From NCBI GenBank assembly GCA_020429915.1, contig JAGQKV010000005.1, positions 136,279-200,278 on the forward strand: a DNA stretch of 64,000 nt. Reading direction: 5' to 3'. The DNA is from Candidatus Omnitrophota bacterium. Lineage in GTDB: Bacteria; Omnitrophota; Gorgyraeia; Zapsychrales; Zapsychraceae. The position numbers and the translations under genes were made by a program. Under the pieces are notes generated by a model, which was not told the DNA's origin, ran no database searches, and saw only the letters and a list, made by a program, of their open reading frames with translations. Positions 39,901 through 54,900 of this stretch are shown here, piece by piece. Position 1 is the first letter of the stretch. Every line of letters starts with the position of its first letter.

Positions 39901-42900
39901 GACCCGGCCTTGGTGAACTATCTGTGGGCGAAAGGTGCGGATGCCTCAGGGGCCGAAGTTGCCAACATGGCCGGCCCGTGGGGAGACATCAATCGGGTTC
40001 TGGCCATTAAACGTTCACGGGAAGGTTCCGAACAGGCGATGGCCGAAGAGCGGGCCCGGGCGAAAGCGGAGCATCCCTCTCGGTCTGATGAGGAGCTGGA
40101 TTTGTATTACGGCGGCGAACAAGCCTGGAATCGGACTCTTACCGGGTTGTGGAACTTGATCGACCAAAACAGATATTCCGGCACTTACGTGTTGGATATG
40201 ATGAACAATCATCTGCTCGGCGCCATGACAAATTTGACGGCGAATCCCTTTATCAATATGGTTGAGTTCTTGGCACCTGCCTTGGGAGAAGGTGCGACTG
40301 CGTGGATGGCAGGCCACGGGCTCCAACCGAAACAGCTGATTTACCAGCAAGGTATGAGTGGACAATTTGAGCTGGGCGTACGCGGTATGAGCAGCCGTCT
40401 GGTGTTGGGCGACGGGGAGGCCCCTGTCCGGATATTCAGCGAGTTTTATGTGCAAACGGGTATGGCGGACTTTTTCTACGATCTTGATGATCTCACGGAT
40501 GCTGAGATTAACTTGCTTATTAAGAAGACGTTTGGCGAGGATTCGCAATTAACCAGGGCAGACCTTGAAAAAGATAAAAATCTGGAGTGGGAAGTACAAC
40601 AAACGTATATCGGGCTGGTTATGCTGGCCAACGGGGCGGACCCCGAAGATCAGGGCGCGATTTTGCGCATGGCTAGCCGCTCATGGGTCCTGGGGACCGC
40701 GGTTGAGCCGGAAGATATCATGATTTCACAGGTCCTTACCGATGCTGGCGTGAATAATTACTACTCCAAGGACGAGGCCACGGGCGCGCTCAATTTCTTC
40801 AGACTTCCTGGAGGGGCGGACGGCGGCAATTTAGAGGTGTATGATCAGAATTACCCCACCTATATCAACTCTAATTATTGGAAACAGTCTGAGTTGGTTG
40901 CTTATAACATGAACAATCCTGGTGGCGAAGTGCAAACTGAGGGCGGATGGCAAAAAATTGCGGACTCCGAAGATCATAATGCGCGAAACATTCCGGGCAA
41001 CGAAAATGTACGCGCCAACGGCATGGCGGCGGCTCTGAATGCGATCGCGGCATTAATCGCCGAAGGGCAAATAACCATGACCCAGGGCGAAGCTCTTATG
41101 GCGGCCTTACGTAGCGGTGACGAGACGGCCTGGAATAATAATGAAGGCGGCAAGGTCATGGCCCGTCTGAACGGTGTCACCACGCCCACCAGGGATCGTG
41201 TTGTCCAAGTTGAGCGACCCAACGGAAACGGCACTGTGCCGGAGGGCGCCCAAGTTATTCAGGGGCCTAACGGTATTAATTTCTATATGGACGATGCCGG
41301 AAATATTATTTTTGCAGGTGCAACCGGCGACGGAGCCGAGGTCATCAGTGAGGGGTCGGTTACCCTTCCGCTTCCTGCAGGTGCTCCGGAGGGCGTCGCT
41401 ACCCTTACTAAGGACGGGAATGTCGTTATTAAAGATGAAACCACTGGTGAGGTGCTCGGAACTTATACCTTGGCCCAACTGTTTCCGGGGATGTCCACAG
41501 ACGGAGGCGCGTCTCCGACAGCAACATCCTCCGGGGGCGGAGAGGCCCTCAGTTTTGCCGCTGTCTTCAAGAACATCGAGAATGCCCGGCTGACGGGATT
41601 TTTTACCGATACAACTCCGTTGGCCGAAGGTGAAACTGCTGAGGGGCGGGATCGGGCTTTTGCCAGCTACTGGATCAATGAGCGTTTCGGCGGGAACCTC
41701 CAACTGCGCATGCGTTATGGATCAATTGTGGAGGCGGGCCTCAACGACGGATATTTTGACCGGGTGGTCGAATTTAGCGTGCGCGAAGGACAACTGGTCG
41801 CCTTCCAGAGCCGGAATTTGATGGCGCTGACACCGTTCGCCGTACACTACTCCGGTTTCCGTTTCGGAGCTGCGCAGAACAGAGACTCGGACGGCAACCC
41901 AACCGACGGCTTTGCTAGATACTTCTTTGTTTTTGAACAGGCAATCGGCAATGACGGGCAAGGCGGACTGGACAAGGGCGACACGGTAGAGATTTTCCGT
42001 CTGGGATTAACCGCCGGAGTTGAGGGAGATTTCGAAGCGGCGCTGAAAGACGTTCCGGAAGAAAATAATGCAGCTACCGGCAGAGGAAAGGGAACAATAC
42101 CTACCAGAACGATTTCACAGGTTGCCTACAGCGAAGTGGGGAACCCGTTGTTCTTCAGTGAGGCCGATCGCAGCAATGCCGCCGCCGGACTGCGCGGGCG
42201 CATGCTGGGGCTCGCCAATGCTATGACCACTCGTCAAGGGGTCGCTAATGCGCCCGGGCTTATTCAACAGTTGTTCGCCGCCATCGACAGTCACCGCGAG
42301 GCTACGACAGGGTACCGGAGCATTTCGCGCACGGCGCGTAACGAGGCGCTGGCCGCCGCGCTCAGCTACGACGGCACCGTCGGTTTCCGGTTTGAGCACC
42401 GCACCGGGAGCGTCATCAATCCGATAACATTCAAAACTATTGACGATGAAGGCTCGCTGACCATGGCCATGATCGGTTCCAAATCGAACGGGACATCTCA
42501 ATTCCAGTTGGCCTTCGGCGGCACGAACATGACGTTGGACAATAACGGATTGCGGGCTGGAAACGGCGCCCTGGTCTTAATCAATACCGTGGGAGCTTAT
42601 AACATCCTCAATATCGTCAATGGAGGATGGCTGAGCGGCAATCTGAACGACGGTCTGCAGTATGCCAGCTTCCTGGCGTTTTATAACGGCCGGGTGGCCA
42701 CGCTTACCGGCTTTAATCCCGGATCGAATTTCAACAACGGTACCGAAGGATGGTCAGAAGGCGCCTTGCTTCAGGAGTTGCATAACTTATACGGCCGCGA
42801 TATGTCGGGCGCGCTTACCGGTGCATCGCTGTCAGTGAACAGCCGTCAGCTCTTCCGCTGGATTGATGCCGGCGACGATGATCGTATCAACGGTATATTG

Positions 42901-45900
42901 AGCTTACAACACATGGCCCGCATTCTGTTCTTGACCATGTCCGAACGGCCGGAAGGGCTGAATCTTTCCGGGATCACCGCTGATATGTTGGCCGAGTTGT
43001 TTATCGCCAGCAGCCAGGAGGGATTTGATCTGGCCACATATATTAACCGGCCGGATACCCTGAATTTACCCAAGGATGCCAACACGTTGGCCAAAGTGCA
43101 AGCGGCTATCGATTTTATCAGTTCCGGTGATTATCAGGTCAACGGTGCCGGCTCCTTATTCCAGGTGGCGGTCCCCGAAGGGGAAGAAGAAAGAGACGTC
43201 AAGACGGCCACCGAAGAGACTCTGAATAACCTGATGGCCCGCGTCATGGCCGGTGTGGTGGAGGCGGTCCGATCCGACGATAACTTGGCCCATCATCCGA
43301 ATCTGTCTAACGCGTTGTCCGGCCCCGATCCGTATCTGGCGCTCTTGGCTTCGGGCGGCGCTGCTCCGGCGACCGAGGGCGAAACCGAAGATGCGCGGCT
43401 CCTGCGGGAAAATGTTCAGGGGAGAGCCGGCGCAGGCTACGTGGGTGCCGCTCCGGTCAACATCACGGCGGCCGAAGGTGACAGCGCCATGTGGGGGCAA
43501 AGATATACCGCCGCCGGAACGGGAACTTACCACTATGATTCGGAAGGGCGCCTTCAGTTTTTGGCCAACCTGGTCGGGAAATACGTGCAGTGGGATCCGG
43601 CTTCACAGACGGCAACGCTCTTCAATTCCGACGGACCTGCCGTCAATCTCATTGTTGATCCGGAAATGCGGAAATATGTTTATGAGACCGGGATTAGGGC
43701 CGGAATTAATAGGTTGCGCGCCCGCGACCAGAACGCGGCGGCCGATGCCTTGGAAGCGGTCCTACAACAGACGCTTGCTGCAACCAATGGGATTGTGAGT
43801 GCCAATGCCATGGAGGCCTTTCTCACAGGTACCGGCAACGGTACGATGGCGCAGTTTTTGTCAGGGAGTGACGCGGCAAAACTTTTGGAGAAGGATGCGC
43901 TTCTGACAACTATCGGTCAGGCTATGGTTGTCGCCGCGGACAGGGTTAACTCCGGCGTGGGGATACCTGAAGGCGCTGTGCAGACCTTTAACCGTCAAAT
44001 CGTCTTGACCGAGCGAGGTGTGTATACGGCGGACAGCATCCTCGTGTTCGATTCGATGCAGGCGGTTCCGAACATTGCGGGCCTGCGTGTACAGAACCTG
44101 ATCATCCGTTATCAGCGCGGACAGGCTCCGGAGTTTTTCGCCTTTGGTTTGACTCCTCGATTCGAATACAAGGGGCCTGCCTCGGCCTTGGCTCAGGCCT
44201 TGTTGGCGGCCTCCGGTCAACTCCAGATGGTTCGTTTCGATGGCGAAGTCACGATCACGGGGATGATTCGCAACTCATTGCTCGGATCGTCGGCAGGCGC
44301 TATGCCGCTGATTTCCGTTCTCACCGGGGACATCAACGCGACCATCAAGGACGGGGCGACCGGGTCTTTGGCCAGGTTCGACGGCACAACGCTGACCGGT
44401 GACCTGTCCATGCGTGACAAATTCACTTTCCGAAATGTCGAGTTCAGCACCGATCGGGACGACGGAACATTCCGAATCCGGTTGTCAGGGCCCGAAGGAT
44501 ATGAGGATGTGCGAGGCGAAGGCGATGTTGAGGGCAATGGACCGGACATGGGGCTGGGCCGGGCATTAAATCCCAATTACACGGCAGTCAATCCGACACC
44601 ATTGGGATCCGGTGTCGACAAGAATCAACAGCCGGACACGACCGGAAACTTGGCCGGACTTATCGATAATGCCGTGTTTGTCGATCGCGGTGCGTTGTCA
44701 AATTTGTATGGTTTCTTTGACGGTGGCGGTGCCGTAGCTACTGCCGGATTAACGGAAGAAACCAGAAATGCTACTCTATATTATGTGCGTGAAGGCGGGG
44801 GCTATCAGGCTATCGTCCCCGCACCGGTCACGGAAGCCACTCCGGACGGGTACGTCGCCGTCGGAAGCCCGATGCGGGGTATGGTCACCGATCTTACGGC
44901 ACCCGGCAGCAGCATCGCCTTGGTTGGAGGGGTGTGGGAGTTGATTACCCAGGGCCGAGCCTCGCTCGCTTCGGATAATCTTCGCGTTATTGTCAGAAAT
45001 GGGGTTATCGCAGACGAACACGCCGGACGCGGATACGACTCGGGGTGGCTCTATCTCGATGGAGTTCGGGGAAGTATCGCGCGCTTTATGCAGTTCGGCG
45101 AGTTTGATATCGTCGGCGGCCGTGTTGTTGTGCGTACGGGGCAGACAAATGTGGATGACCCGATAACGTTGAATAATCGCGGTAAGGTAATCATTCCGAC
45201 TCAGGGCCTGGCTGAGGGTACCGACGTCAGCAGTTTGGTCGCCGGTGGCAGGGCGGTCCAATTGCCGGAGGACATGATTGAATTAACGGGTGAGTACGGG
45301 CTGGTCGATCCGGCTTTGGGATTGGGTCAGGCGCTGATAACGTATGCGGATGCGATCGCCGTCACCTACAATCAAACACGCGAAGACAGATTCGGTTCGA
45401 GGATTTTAATGCGTCGTCAGACGGGAGTTGATGAGCAATCCGGGGAGCCGGTATTTGAGTACAAAATGGTGGATGGTGATGAGGCTCGGCAGTTACGCAA
45501 CGCTGAGGGGGCTCGTGTCTGGAGGGAGTACTCGCCGCGGAGTAATGAGTCCGTCATTTTGCAGGGGAACACCTATTCCCTGGTATCATCCACCGAAGCC
45601 ACCCAGCTGGTTAACGCTCAGCAAGCCCAGCTGGTGGGGGTTGCTGATCTGCGCCGGGAATTTTTATTGCGGAACAAGGACGGGGAGGTCCGCACCATCA
45701 CCCTGCGTGATCTGATTTTTGGCGAATGGCGCGAAGACGCCGAGACCGGTGAAATTTCTTTGGTCGAAGGCCGCGGCGCAGTTAAGGCCGGTTTGGAAAC
45801 CGTGCGTTATGGTTTAGAGGGCCTTTCCCGCGATAACCGGTTGCAGATCACTTACGGTCAAAACGGGATATCCCGGATCTATATGCCGGAAGGCGCGGAA

Positions 45901-48900
45901 CAACAAATTATGTCCCGTCCGGAAGGGCAGCGCATGTTGAATTGGTCCGGCTTCCGGTCCGGTATCACCAACTATTCGTTTGGCCAGCGCGACGGTAACA
46001 ATATGACGTTTTTATTTGCCCCGTTTGTCGGTTTCGCGCGCGAGCCGAATAATATCCAGCCTGTTATGGTCGCGGCCGGACCGCCTACGCCACAGGGCGC
46101 CATGGCGCGGGATGATCTTGCCGAGGCGATCGGGGTAGTAGAAAACTTTATAGCGCAACAGGGGGGGGAGCCTGCCTCCGAGCAATTTGTCAGAGAATAT
46201 GCCGCGGCGCTTGTTGATCTCAACAACGGTCCGAATGCCGAGGATGCCGATCTGAGAGCGGCAATGTTGTTGGGAATGGTGATGGACGGATCTTACGCTG
46301 ATCCGGAGGCCGTGATGGCGCAATTTGGTCCGGCCTATATCGGGCCTGCGGAAGGGACGATGATTCCCTTGACAAGGGATGGAGTTGCCGTTACGGAAGA
46401 CAGGGGCGGAAGCTTGGCCCGTAGCGTCCTTTATTTGGCAGGCGGCGACGGCATCATTGATGTGGCCAATGGGGTTTCGATAAATAATGATCCCTCTCCG
46501 TCAGGACCTGCGCCAGAACTTACCGATCGTGAACGCGAAATTCGTTCGGACACCCGTTCCAGCTTCATGGTGCGCGGTGTAGGGCCGCTTGACGAAAACG
46601 GTGTCACTGATGACGGTTGGGTGGTTGCCGAAGGCTTGCGGGGAGATGTGCCATTTCTGAACCGATTGCGCACGGAAGATTTCAGCAATGGGTCAATTAC
46701 GCCCTTCGGTCCGGCGGCACTCAACCAAACGATAACGGAAGAGGCGCGTGCCGGATTACAAGGGGACAGTCGTATTGTGTTTAGCATGGGGTCTGGTGGC
46801 CCCGGACCGGACGGGGATATTTTCACCGGTAACCTCACGCTTAATTACACCAATGCCAACATTGTTGCGGATCCGACTACAGAATTGAACGCATTACGTG
46901 CGCCCTTTATTTTTGTTATGGAATCCGATCCGGACGCCCCACGGCTCGCCGACCCCTTTTATGAAGGCCAAGGGGCCACTCCGCAGTTGCTTGTTCTGAC
47001 TGAAAACGAAGGCGGTTTGGCCAGTTTGGTTCCAAATGACGACTCAACGGCACAAATTGTCAATTGGCAGGGGGCAAGGCTTATGCGCGGGCGCATTTTC
47101 AAGGCCACCGGTGCCGACGACCTGGCCGGTTATATTGTGCGCGACGGTACGGTGCGCTTCTTCGGTGCCAACGCGCTGTTTTTTGCCGGATATGGTTTCG
47201 AGCGAGGTGTCTATGAGGGGCTCGACAGTAATGCCGCCGGGGACGGTACCGGAGAGAGGGCCAGCCAGCGGGTATATCACGAGTTATTCGAAAAAACAGC
47301 CGGTCTTTATCGTCTGGGAGCCAGCGGTGATTGGGAATTCACGAACTATACTGATCCGGACTGGTTGCGTTCCCAAGGTTTGTCAGAGCCGATACAAATA
47401 GTAGGGCTTCGGGAAGTGTCAGGCGTGTCTGCGCCGCGTACGGAAGGGCGCTGGATAGCTACTAATCTGCAACCGAGTCCGCAGCTCGGATTTGATGTCG
47501 ATGGTGATGGGAAGATCAGTATTCGCGAAGGGCAGGCCCCGAAATTCTTTTTCCGGGAACGGGCGGATGGATTCATTGCGTTCGACGGTGACGAACCTGC
47601 TCAGCAGTTCGGCAGCCGGTGGAGATTTTTATCGGACGGAAGCGTCGATGTTGTGTTAACCGACGGAGCTCCGTACCCCTTGCAGATGACGTCGACTACT
47701 TACAATAATATGTCCGACGCGCAGCGCAATCCGGACATGGTTTTGCGAGTGATTTTAGACCAGGGATTCAACAGAGGGGGGCTAAAGGACGAGCAGCTGA
47801 GGGCCGACATCGAGCATCGGTTTAATCTCCTGGTGGCAGGGACGTGGACGAGCAGGCGTGCCCGGCGTGACGATGACTGGAAATCCCCGTTGAGACGTCA
47901 GGCCATCGAGGAAACTATTATGAGTGATGATACGCCGCTCTCGGCGCTTGGAATTGATCGGGAGGCGCTCGAACAGGAGCGGGGGCGTCCATTGACCGCC
48001 GGAGAAGTAACCGCGCTTCGTCGGGAAAAAGTAGCAGCCTTCTTTAACCAGGTTCAACCCGGTGCCGGGGATGCCCTCGCCGCGGGTGAAGGTGCGCCTG
48101 GGGAAGGGGAAACTCCACAGGGCGGTCCGCTGGAATTCCTCGGTCGCCGAGATGCTAGCGGGCGGATTCGCGTTGAGGGGCAGTATGCCGATCGTGAACT
48201 CCACGGACCCGAAACTCTCGTTATTGCGGGTAAATACGACCCCGAAACCAATACGGGCGATAATCGACTTTATGCGTTGCTGGACGATGATATTGTCGGC
48301 AGAGAGTCTTCACTTCATTTGCGCCGCGGGACCTTCAACCGGTCCCGGGGACGTGCGTTCTTCGAGTTGGTGGATAATCCTGCCATTACCGATATTCGGT
48401 TCGCCAATCAAGGCGTTTATGACCGTCGGGCAACGGTTCCGCAAGTCGTGGTGGCGGCTGACGGCAGCGTGTCCTATCGCTTTCCTATGGTTCGGCGGGG
48501 CATGGACTTGCCTCCGGACTTTGATTACGCTTCCAGGCTGGCTGAGTTCGAGGCCGAAGTGGATAGGTACGCCGGGCGTTACAGCAACAGGCCCAATGCT
48601 GACGCAATAGAAGCCCGGTTCGCCCGCATGATCAGCAATCGATGGCTGCGTGAGATTAACAATAACGAAAATTTCACGTATGGAATCGAATACGACGACA
48701 TAATGGGCATGGCCGGTGAATTCGGCGTCGGACAAGGCGGTATGACCGGCCGGCAATTGAGCGCTTGGATCACGCAAATTCTAATTCACCGCCAGGACCC
48801 CACCGAAGGAGGAATGGAAGGTTTGGGCGGTCAGTTGCTGAGTAACGGGTTTGTTTACCTTCCCGCCGACGGTTTTGCGGCCGGTAGCCGCTTGGAAAAA

Positions 48901-51900
48901 CAATCCTTCGTTAACACATTGGAGGATCTGCGCAATTGGGGATTAATTTCTATCAGCGATCGCGATATGCGGGCAATCCGGAATGGTGATGCCCTTTCCC
49001 GTCGGGAGACCGACTTTGACTTTAATGTCAATTCGCCATTTGCTGAACACAGAGAGTCTTTGCCGGAGGGCCGGGCCGGGACCAATTTTGCCGCGGAACA
49101 GCAGGCCCGTCTGGACGCCGGCGGGGCGACCGTGGCTGAGATGGGTATGGCCCGTATGGGCTTGTTGGAGGCTATGCAGTTTGCGATCGCCAGCGGCCTG
49201 ACGACGCGGGAGGAGCTGAGCGCAGGGCTGCTCGAGCGCGCCAATCGCGGTGACCAAGCCGCAGCTGATCTATTGGCTCTATTCAACAACGGCCTTCAAG
49301 GGGAAGAGTTCCGTGGGGCCATGGAAGGGGCGCGCAGCGCTGAAGTTATCCGTGTCTACACGGAGCGTTTTCAGCATGACGACTTTAAGGCTGTGTGGGG
49401 CTTCAATGAGGAAGGTCAATTCGGAGCATTGCAGGTGCGGGACTTTAACCGTTCGGAAGGATGGTTCGACTGGATCGGCAACGAGAACTTTACGGCATCC
49501 GGCCTTACCGGGCAAGAATCCGGCACAACCGGGGAAATCGATGATGACGAAGCGGTGTATGTTTCGCGCAATGAGTGGCAGGATTTGACCACCTTGGGTG
49601 ATGCGGGGGGTAGGGAACCGTCGGAGAAAACCTTCGAAGAGGCATACCAGGAAAACAAAGGGGGCACGTTGGCCCAGTTGCGCGCCATTGAAAGCTTCGG
49701 GCCGTTGCGTTATGCCGGTCAAGGTTGGGGTATGGCTGATGACGATACCGGGACGATTTTCTACGGTGAAGATGGCAAGCTGCGAACGGGCTGGATTAAC
49801 CGATCCAACGATCAGGAAGCCATTATGCGAAACATCGGCGGTGAAAATGCCCTCCGCTTCGCCGGTCAATTGGATTCCATGGGGACGGTAGCTACAATCA
49901 TGGGGGCGCTGGTTATTCTGGACGTCGTGATCACTGTGGTTGAAGTGGTCGCTATTATAGCCACGGGAGGTCTGGGTACGCCGGTTGCTGCCGGAGCTGG
50001 GGAAGGGGCTAAGCAAGGGATCAAGGCTGGCGTCCGGTTTGGGGTTCGCTACGGTGCCAGACGGGCTGTGATGGGCACGATGCGCAAGTATGGGGTGCAC
50101 GCAGCCTTGGAGGTGGCTACGCGATTGGCGGCGCATACGGCAGCTACCAGGGGCACCCGACTTTTAGCCGGTATCGCGGTGCGTGGGCTTGCGCCTATTT
50201 CCCGAAGACTGATGGCTCCCGGAGTTGTAGGGGCGTTCATGCGGGGGGCGAGTGTAAGCTATACCAAACGGCGCCTGATAGCATACGGTTTGATCGGCGG
50301 ATCCATCAATGCAGCGTTAGGTTCCTATGCCCGCGGCGAAGTGTCAATGGAAACCTTTACGGATTTTGCCCACGGCGCATTCCTCTTTGGTCTCTTGTCC
50401 CGCCGGGCGCCGGCCAAGGCGGCCGGTTCGGCGCTTCAGCGTGGCCTTACCGGAAGCTTGATGGCTGGGGCGCAACGGGCTTCCGAGGCGGTCAGATCAA
50501 CTAATTTAGGTGGTCGGGTGGCGAGTACTATGCTTGGCAGGGGGGTAACGAGCGCCGGATTTATCCTTGGCGCCGGAGTCTTTGGCGGTTCGGTTGCGGC
50601 GTTGCAACTCGGTTCGAGAATGCGCGGCAACGAGGCCCCGGGACTTTACGAGTCGCTCGCCATTGGAGGTTTGGCGACCGCGGCGATATTAGGCGGCGGC
50701 CGTTTGGCGGCGGCCCAATTCGGCGGCGCCTATGCCGGGGCCAAACAGTTCGGACAGACAATTGCCTCTATTGGGCTGCTCGGTTTGGGGGTGGGTACGT
50801 TGGTCCACGGGACAGATATGAGCCTGGAGGAACGGACCGCAAAATTGACCGGGGACGATCTCGGATTTATGTATCGCACGCGCAAGGCGTTGACAGGCGG
50901 GTTACAAACAGCGTCGTACATGACGATAGTTGCCGGCGGTATGCGCGGACTGGGTTATGCCGCCACGGCCGAGCTGAAGACCGGGAGCAGAGTGGGCGTA
51001 TCCATGTTAACCGGTGCCGGATTCGGCGGTGCGATGCGCGCGAATTATCTCGCGTGGAATAGCGATACTGCTGATGTAATGTGGGATAATGCCTTGTTGG
51101 ATATCGGAACCTATGCGGCGGGCGGTGGTTTTCTCTTGGGGCCGACCGCCTTGCTCGCGATGCGAGCCGGAGCCAGTTCTCCGCATGCAATTCGGGAGCA
51201 GATGGCGCGGACCGCATTAAGGCAGGCGGGAAGAGAGCTGGCGCAAACTGCCAAGCTCGATTCACGTGCCATCGAGATGGCCCTCAGAAGCAAAACTCCG
51301 CAGCAGCTGGCCCGGTTGGAACGGGCCGTTCGCTGGGAATTGGCGGCGCCGCGTACGTTCGGCGAACTGTCCATGCGCGGCAAGGTGCTCAATGCCGTCG
51401 GGTTTGCCGGAGTCGGCGGGGCTGGAAAGGTCGGTTACGAATACTTCTTTAATTCGTCCGCTGAAAACCCATACTCCGTGGGGCAGGGCGTGGCCGATTT
51501 CATCGGCGGCGCCGGTCTGGCCATGTTGGCGCTCTTTGCCATACGCGGGGCCAAGAATCTGAGTTTGTTGCGTAATTTCTCCGATGATGCGGCCTTCCAA
51601 TCCGCCCGTTTGGGCGCAGCTGCCAAGGGTGTTGAGGCCGCCGGTCCACGGTCTGCTGCCCAGGCCTTGTTTGATCAGTCCGCTGCAGGTGCCGCGAAGT
51701 GGACGCTTGTTTCTCCGGCTTTTACGATCGGTGGCGCGCTGTGGACAGGGCTTGCGGCCCGTGTCGAAACAATGATCGACGGCGACGAATCGCGTTACCG
51801 GAAATTCTTCGGTCCGGGGCGTTTACCGGCGTTTATCCTCCAAACGGAAGGCGGATACATTAATCTGATATCCGGACAAGGGCTTCAAGCCGTCTATGAC

Positions 51901-54900
51901 AGTGCGGTGACCGGTCCGCTTCACGGTCTGTGGATGGCTCCGGCGTTCGGAACATTCCAGGTCCTCGGCGGCAATGTCCGTCCGGGAGGCGGCATTCGTA
52001 CTGCAGCCGGCCGTTTCCTGCAAGCCGTTCAACGGGGGCCGGGAGAGTCGGCCGGCAAGATAGTCTCGACCTTGTATCGTGATGTCGGGTACATGCCGGG
52101 GTTGGTTACCCTGACCTCAACGGCGGTCGATTTCTTCAGTAACGGCAGCAACACAGTATCATTGTCAGCTTTAGCCCGGTTTATCGACAACTCCGGACTC
52201 GGCCAGGAATTGAATGCCAAATTTGCGGGTCAGGAGGTCGGTGCGGTTCGTGAAAGCCGTTACACGGAAGTTGAAGTTAACGGCGAAACAAAATATCAGT
52301 TTAAGTACGGTAACGCTGTCGAGGGAACGAACCGTCCGGTTGTTTTTAGCCACTATGAGCTTGAGGCGGCCGGGTATGCGGCCTTCCTGGGCTTGCCGCA
52401 AGTCGGTGAGCGGACGAAGCAATTGCGGACGCAGGCGCGTGATGCCGAAGCTGAAGGTAACTATGCGACAGCTCGACAGCTGGCGACCGAGGCTACGCGT
52501 ATCGACCGTTACGATACAGAGGCCTGGGGCATCAGACTGCGATCAGAACGGGGACTGGCCCTCAGCAGGGGAATTCCATTAAGAGAGGTCTCGGATTCGC
52601 ATAATGAACTTCTCGAAGTTGCCCTTTCCACGGGAGATGAAGCCTTCATCAATGACGCGAAACTGCAGCAGGGTATATACAAGTCCGATGTCAACAAGAT
52701 GGCCGCTGACAAGTACATTTATTACGGTCTGCGAGAAGTCGAAAATGCATACAATGCTACCTCAGCTGCGGAGCGGGGGCAATTCGAGGCCGCGGCTCTG
52801 CAGTTCTTCGCACGGGCTGAAGGGGCGGTCGATCGTGCGATGAGCCACAATCCGAGCAATGTGGATGCATTGGCTGCCAGGGCGAACATCGCCAAAGGGC
52901 AGGCCCTTCTGCGCGGGGATTACGCCCAGCCGGAAGTTCAGGCATCCATAATCGAAGGGTTCCGACAGGCGCAGCAACTTGCCGTACGGGAATTTGGTGC
53001 GAAATCAGATGTTGTCAACCACTTCGATATGGCAATTAAGGCGGAGGAAGGCCGGATGGCCGAGGCTCGTATGAAGGAATCCTGGCGTCAACTTGGCCGT
53101 ACGGAAGCGGGGGCGGAACTTGATTCGACGTTGGTTGCAAAGGGGGTCGCCGATGCCGCGGAAATGCGGGCCAAAATGGTGGACGGGGATTACACCGCTT
53201 CCACGCTGTTCGTCGCCGCCGAATTTGACAGAATGTCGCACGGAGATAGAGGTTTTCTGGAGCGGGACGCGACTACGGGCAATGATATCGGAGCCAAACG
53301 TTTTCACGCTTACGAAGGTGAGATGAGCCGGGCGCTTGAGTTGGCCCGGAGCGCGAACGATGCAAAGCTCGCGGATGTGATTTCCGCGAATTTGAACGCC
53401 GTTCGCTTCCAGCGCTATACCCATGAGGGATATCAAGCGGCCACCGAGCCGGGACGCGACTTGCAACTCGCTTACAGCAAGTTCGGTCAGGCACGCAAGT
53501 ATGCTGACGCTGTTTCAGCGGAAGCAGCGGAAAAGGCGGAAAGCAACTTCCAGATTATAGCCGATTTACTGCCTTCCGAAATGCTGGCCAAAGCGCGGCT
53601 GAGTACATCCGAGTGGGGGACGATCCACCAGTTTGAAGCCACACGTGTAGAGGCGAACGCCCCCAAGCAAGCGCAGGATGCGGCCGATGCTGCCCAATCA
53701 AGTTACGAGGCTATGCTGCGTACCATGAGCCCGGAAAAGGCCAGCGTTCTGCCGGAGGTCAATTTCAGGGCATGGGCTCAAATTCAAGGTAAGGCCGGCT
53801 CACCTAGTGCGCGTGTGCAAGGGCTGGCTCGGATCGCTAAGGCCCAGCACCTCCGGGGAGAATCCACGCAGGTGATTGACCGGTTGATTACACGGATGGA
53901 ATCGCAGAAAGGCAAGTCCCCTGAAGGGACGGCCCAAGTGATCGCACGTCAAATCGATCGCGAGATCGACCAGGAAATCCGTGACGTCAGGGATTTTAAG
54001 GATAATGTTAAGCCCTACGGCAAGCCTACTGAGACCTTTACGGACCGCAATGGCTTCACTGAAGCTCAACTGCGGATCATGGGGCGGTACAACAATGCGG
54101 CTAACGCGTTTTTTGAGACGGGAGGTAAAGTGCCGGTCGGTGCGGAAGTCCCGGTGGCCCGCGAGTTCCGTCTTGCCGGTGATGAATATCGCCCAATGCT
54201 TCAGGAAATGACTCCTGATCTGGCATCCCGGTTGTCTACTGATAACTATCGGCGTTGGTTGGGTATCGCCAGCGACGGGAAGATCACTACAGGTGACCGT
54301 AGTGTCGGCGCCGATAAGGGGGGTGATCAAACAGGTCTTCAGGCTACTGTTTCGGGTGACCTTTCGGTGGATGCCGCAGTGACTATTGCCAAGGCAGCCT
54401 TCCTGAGAGGTGACACGACCACACTGGAATTGATGCGCGGACGGATAGAGACGTCCAAAACCGATGACGCCGTATCCCAACGGGTGGCTCTGGAAAGCTG
54501 GATGAAGAGCACCAAACCCAATCAGCAGGCAGATTTGACCGAGGCCGGATTTGAAGTGATAGATCTCGCCTCAGCTGTGAAAACGGCCCCCGAAAGCAGC
54601 GACTTAGGGCCCGTAACCATCCGCCATACTCCCATGCCGTCCTCCGGCCATAGTAGCACAAGAAGATCTTCCGGATCAGATTTCAGTGTCATCAGTCAGT
54701 CCGGCGATGCCAAAGACGTAGAATTTGCCCGCGAAGGACTAGCCGGTGAAATGAATATCGGCCGGTCCGGTATGGATCGAAAGGCTATGCAGGGCGTGGC
54801 TGTGCGTGAAGCCGGAGACGTTTCAGGGGAAGGCAGACGTCAGGAAGATTTGAGCGCGATACTCACGGGTGTCGATTTGCGTTGGCAGTCCACTACTGAT

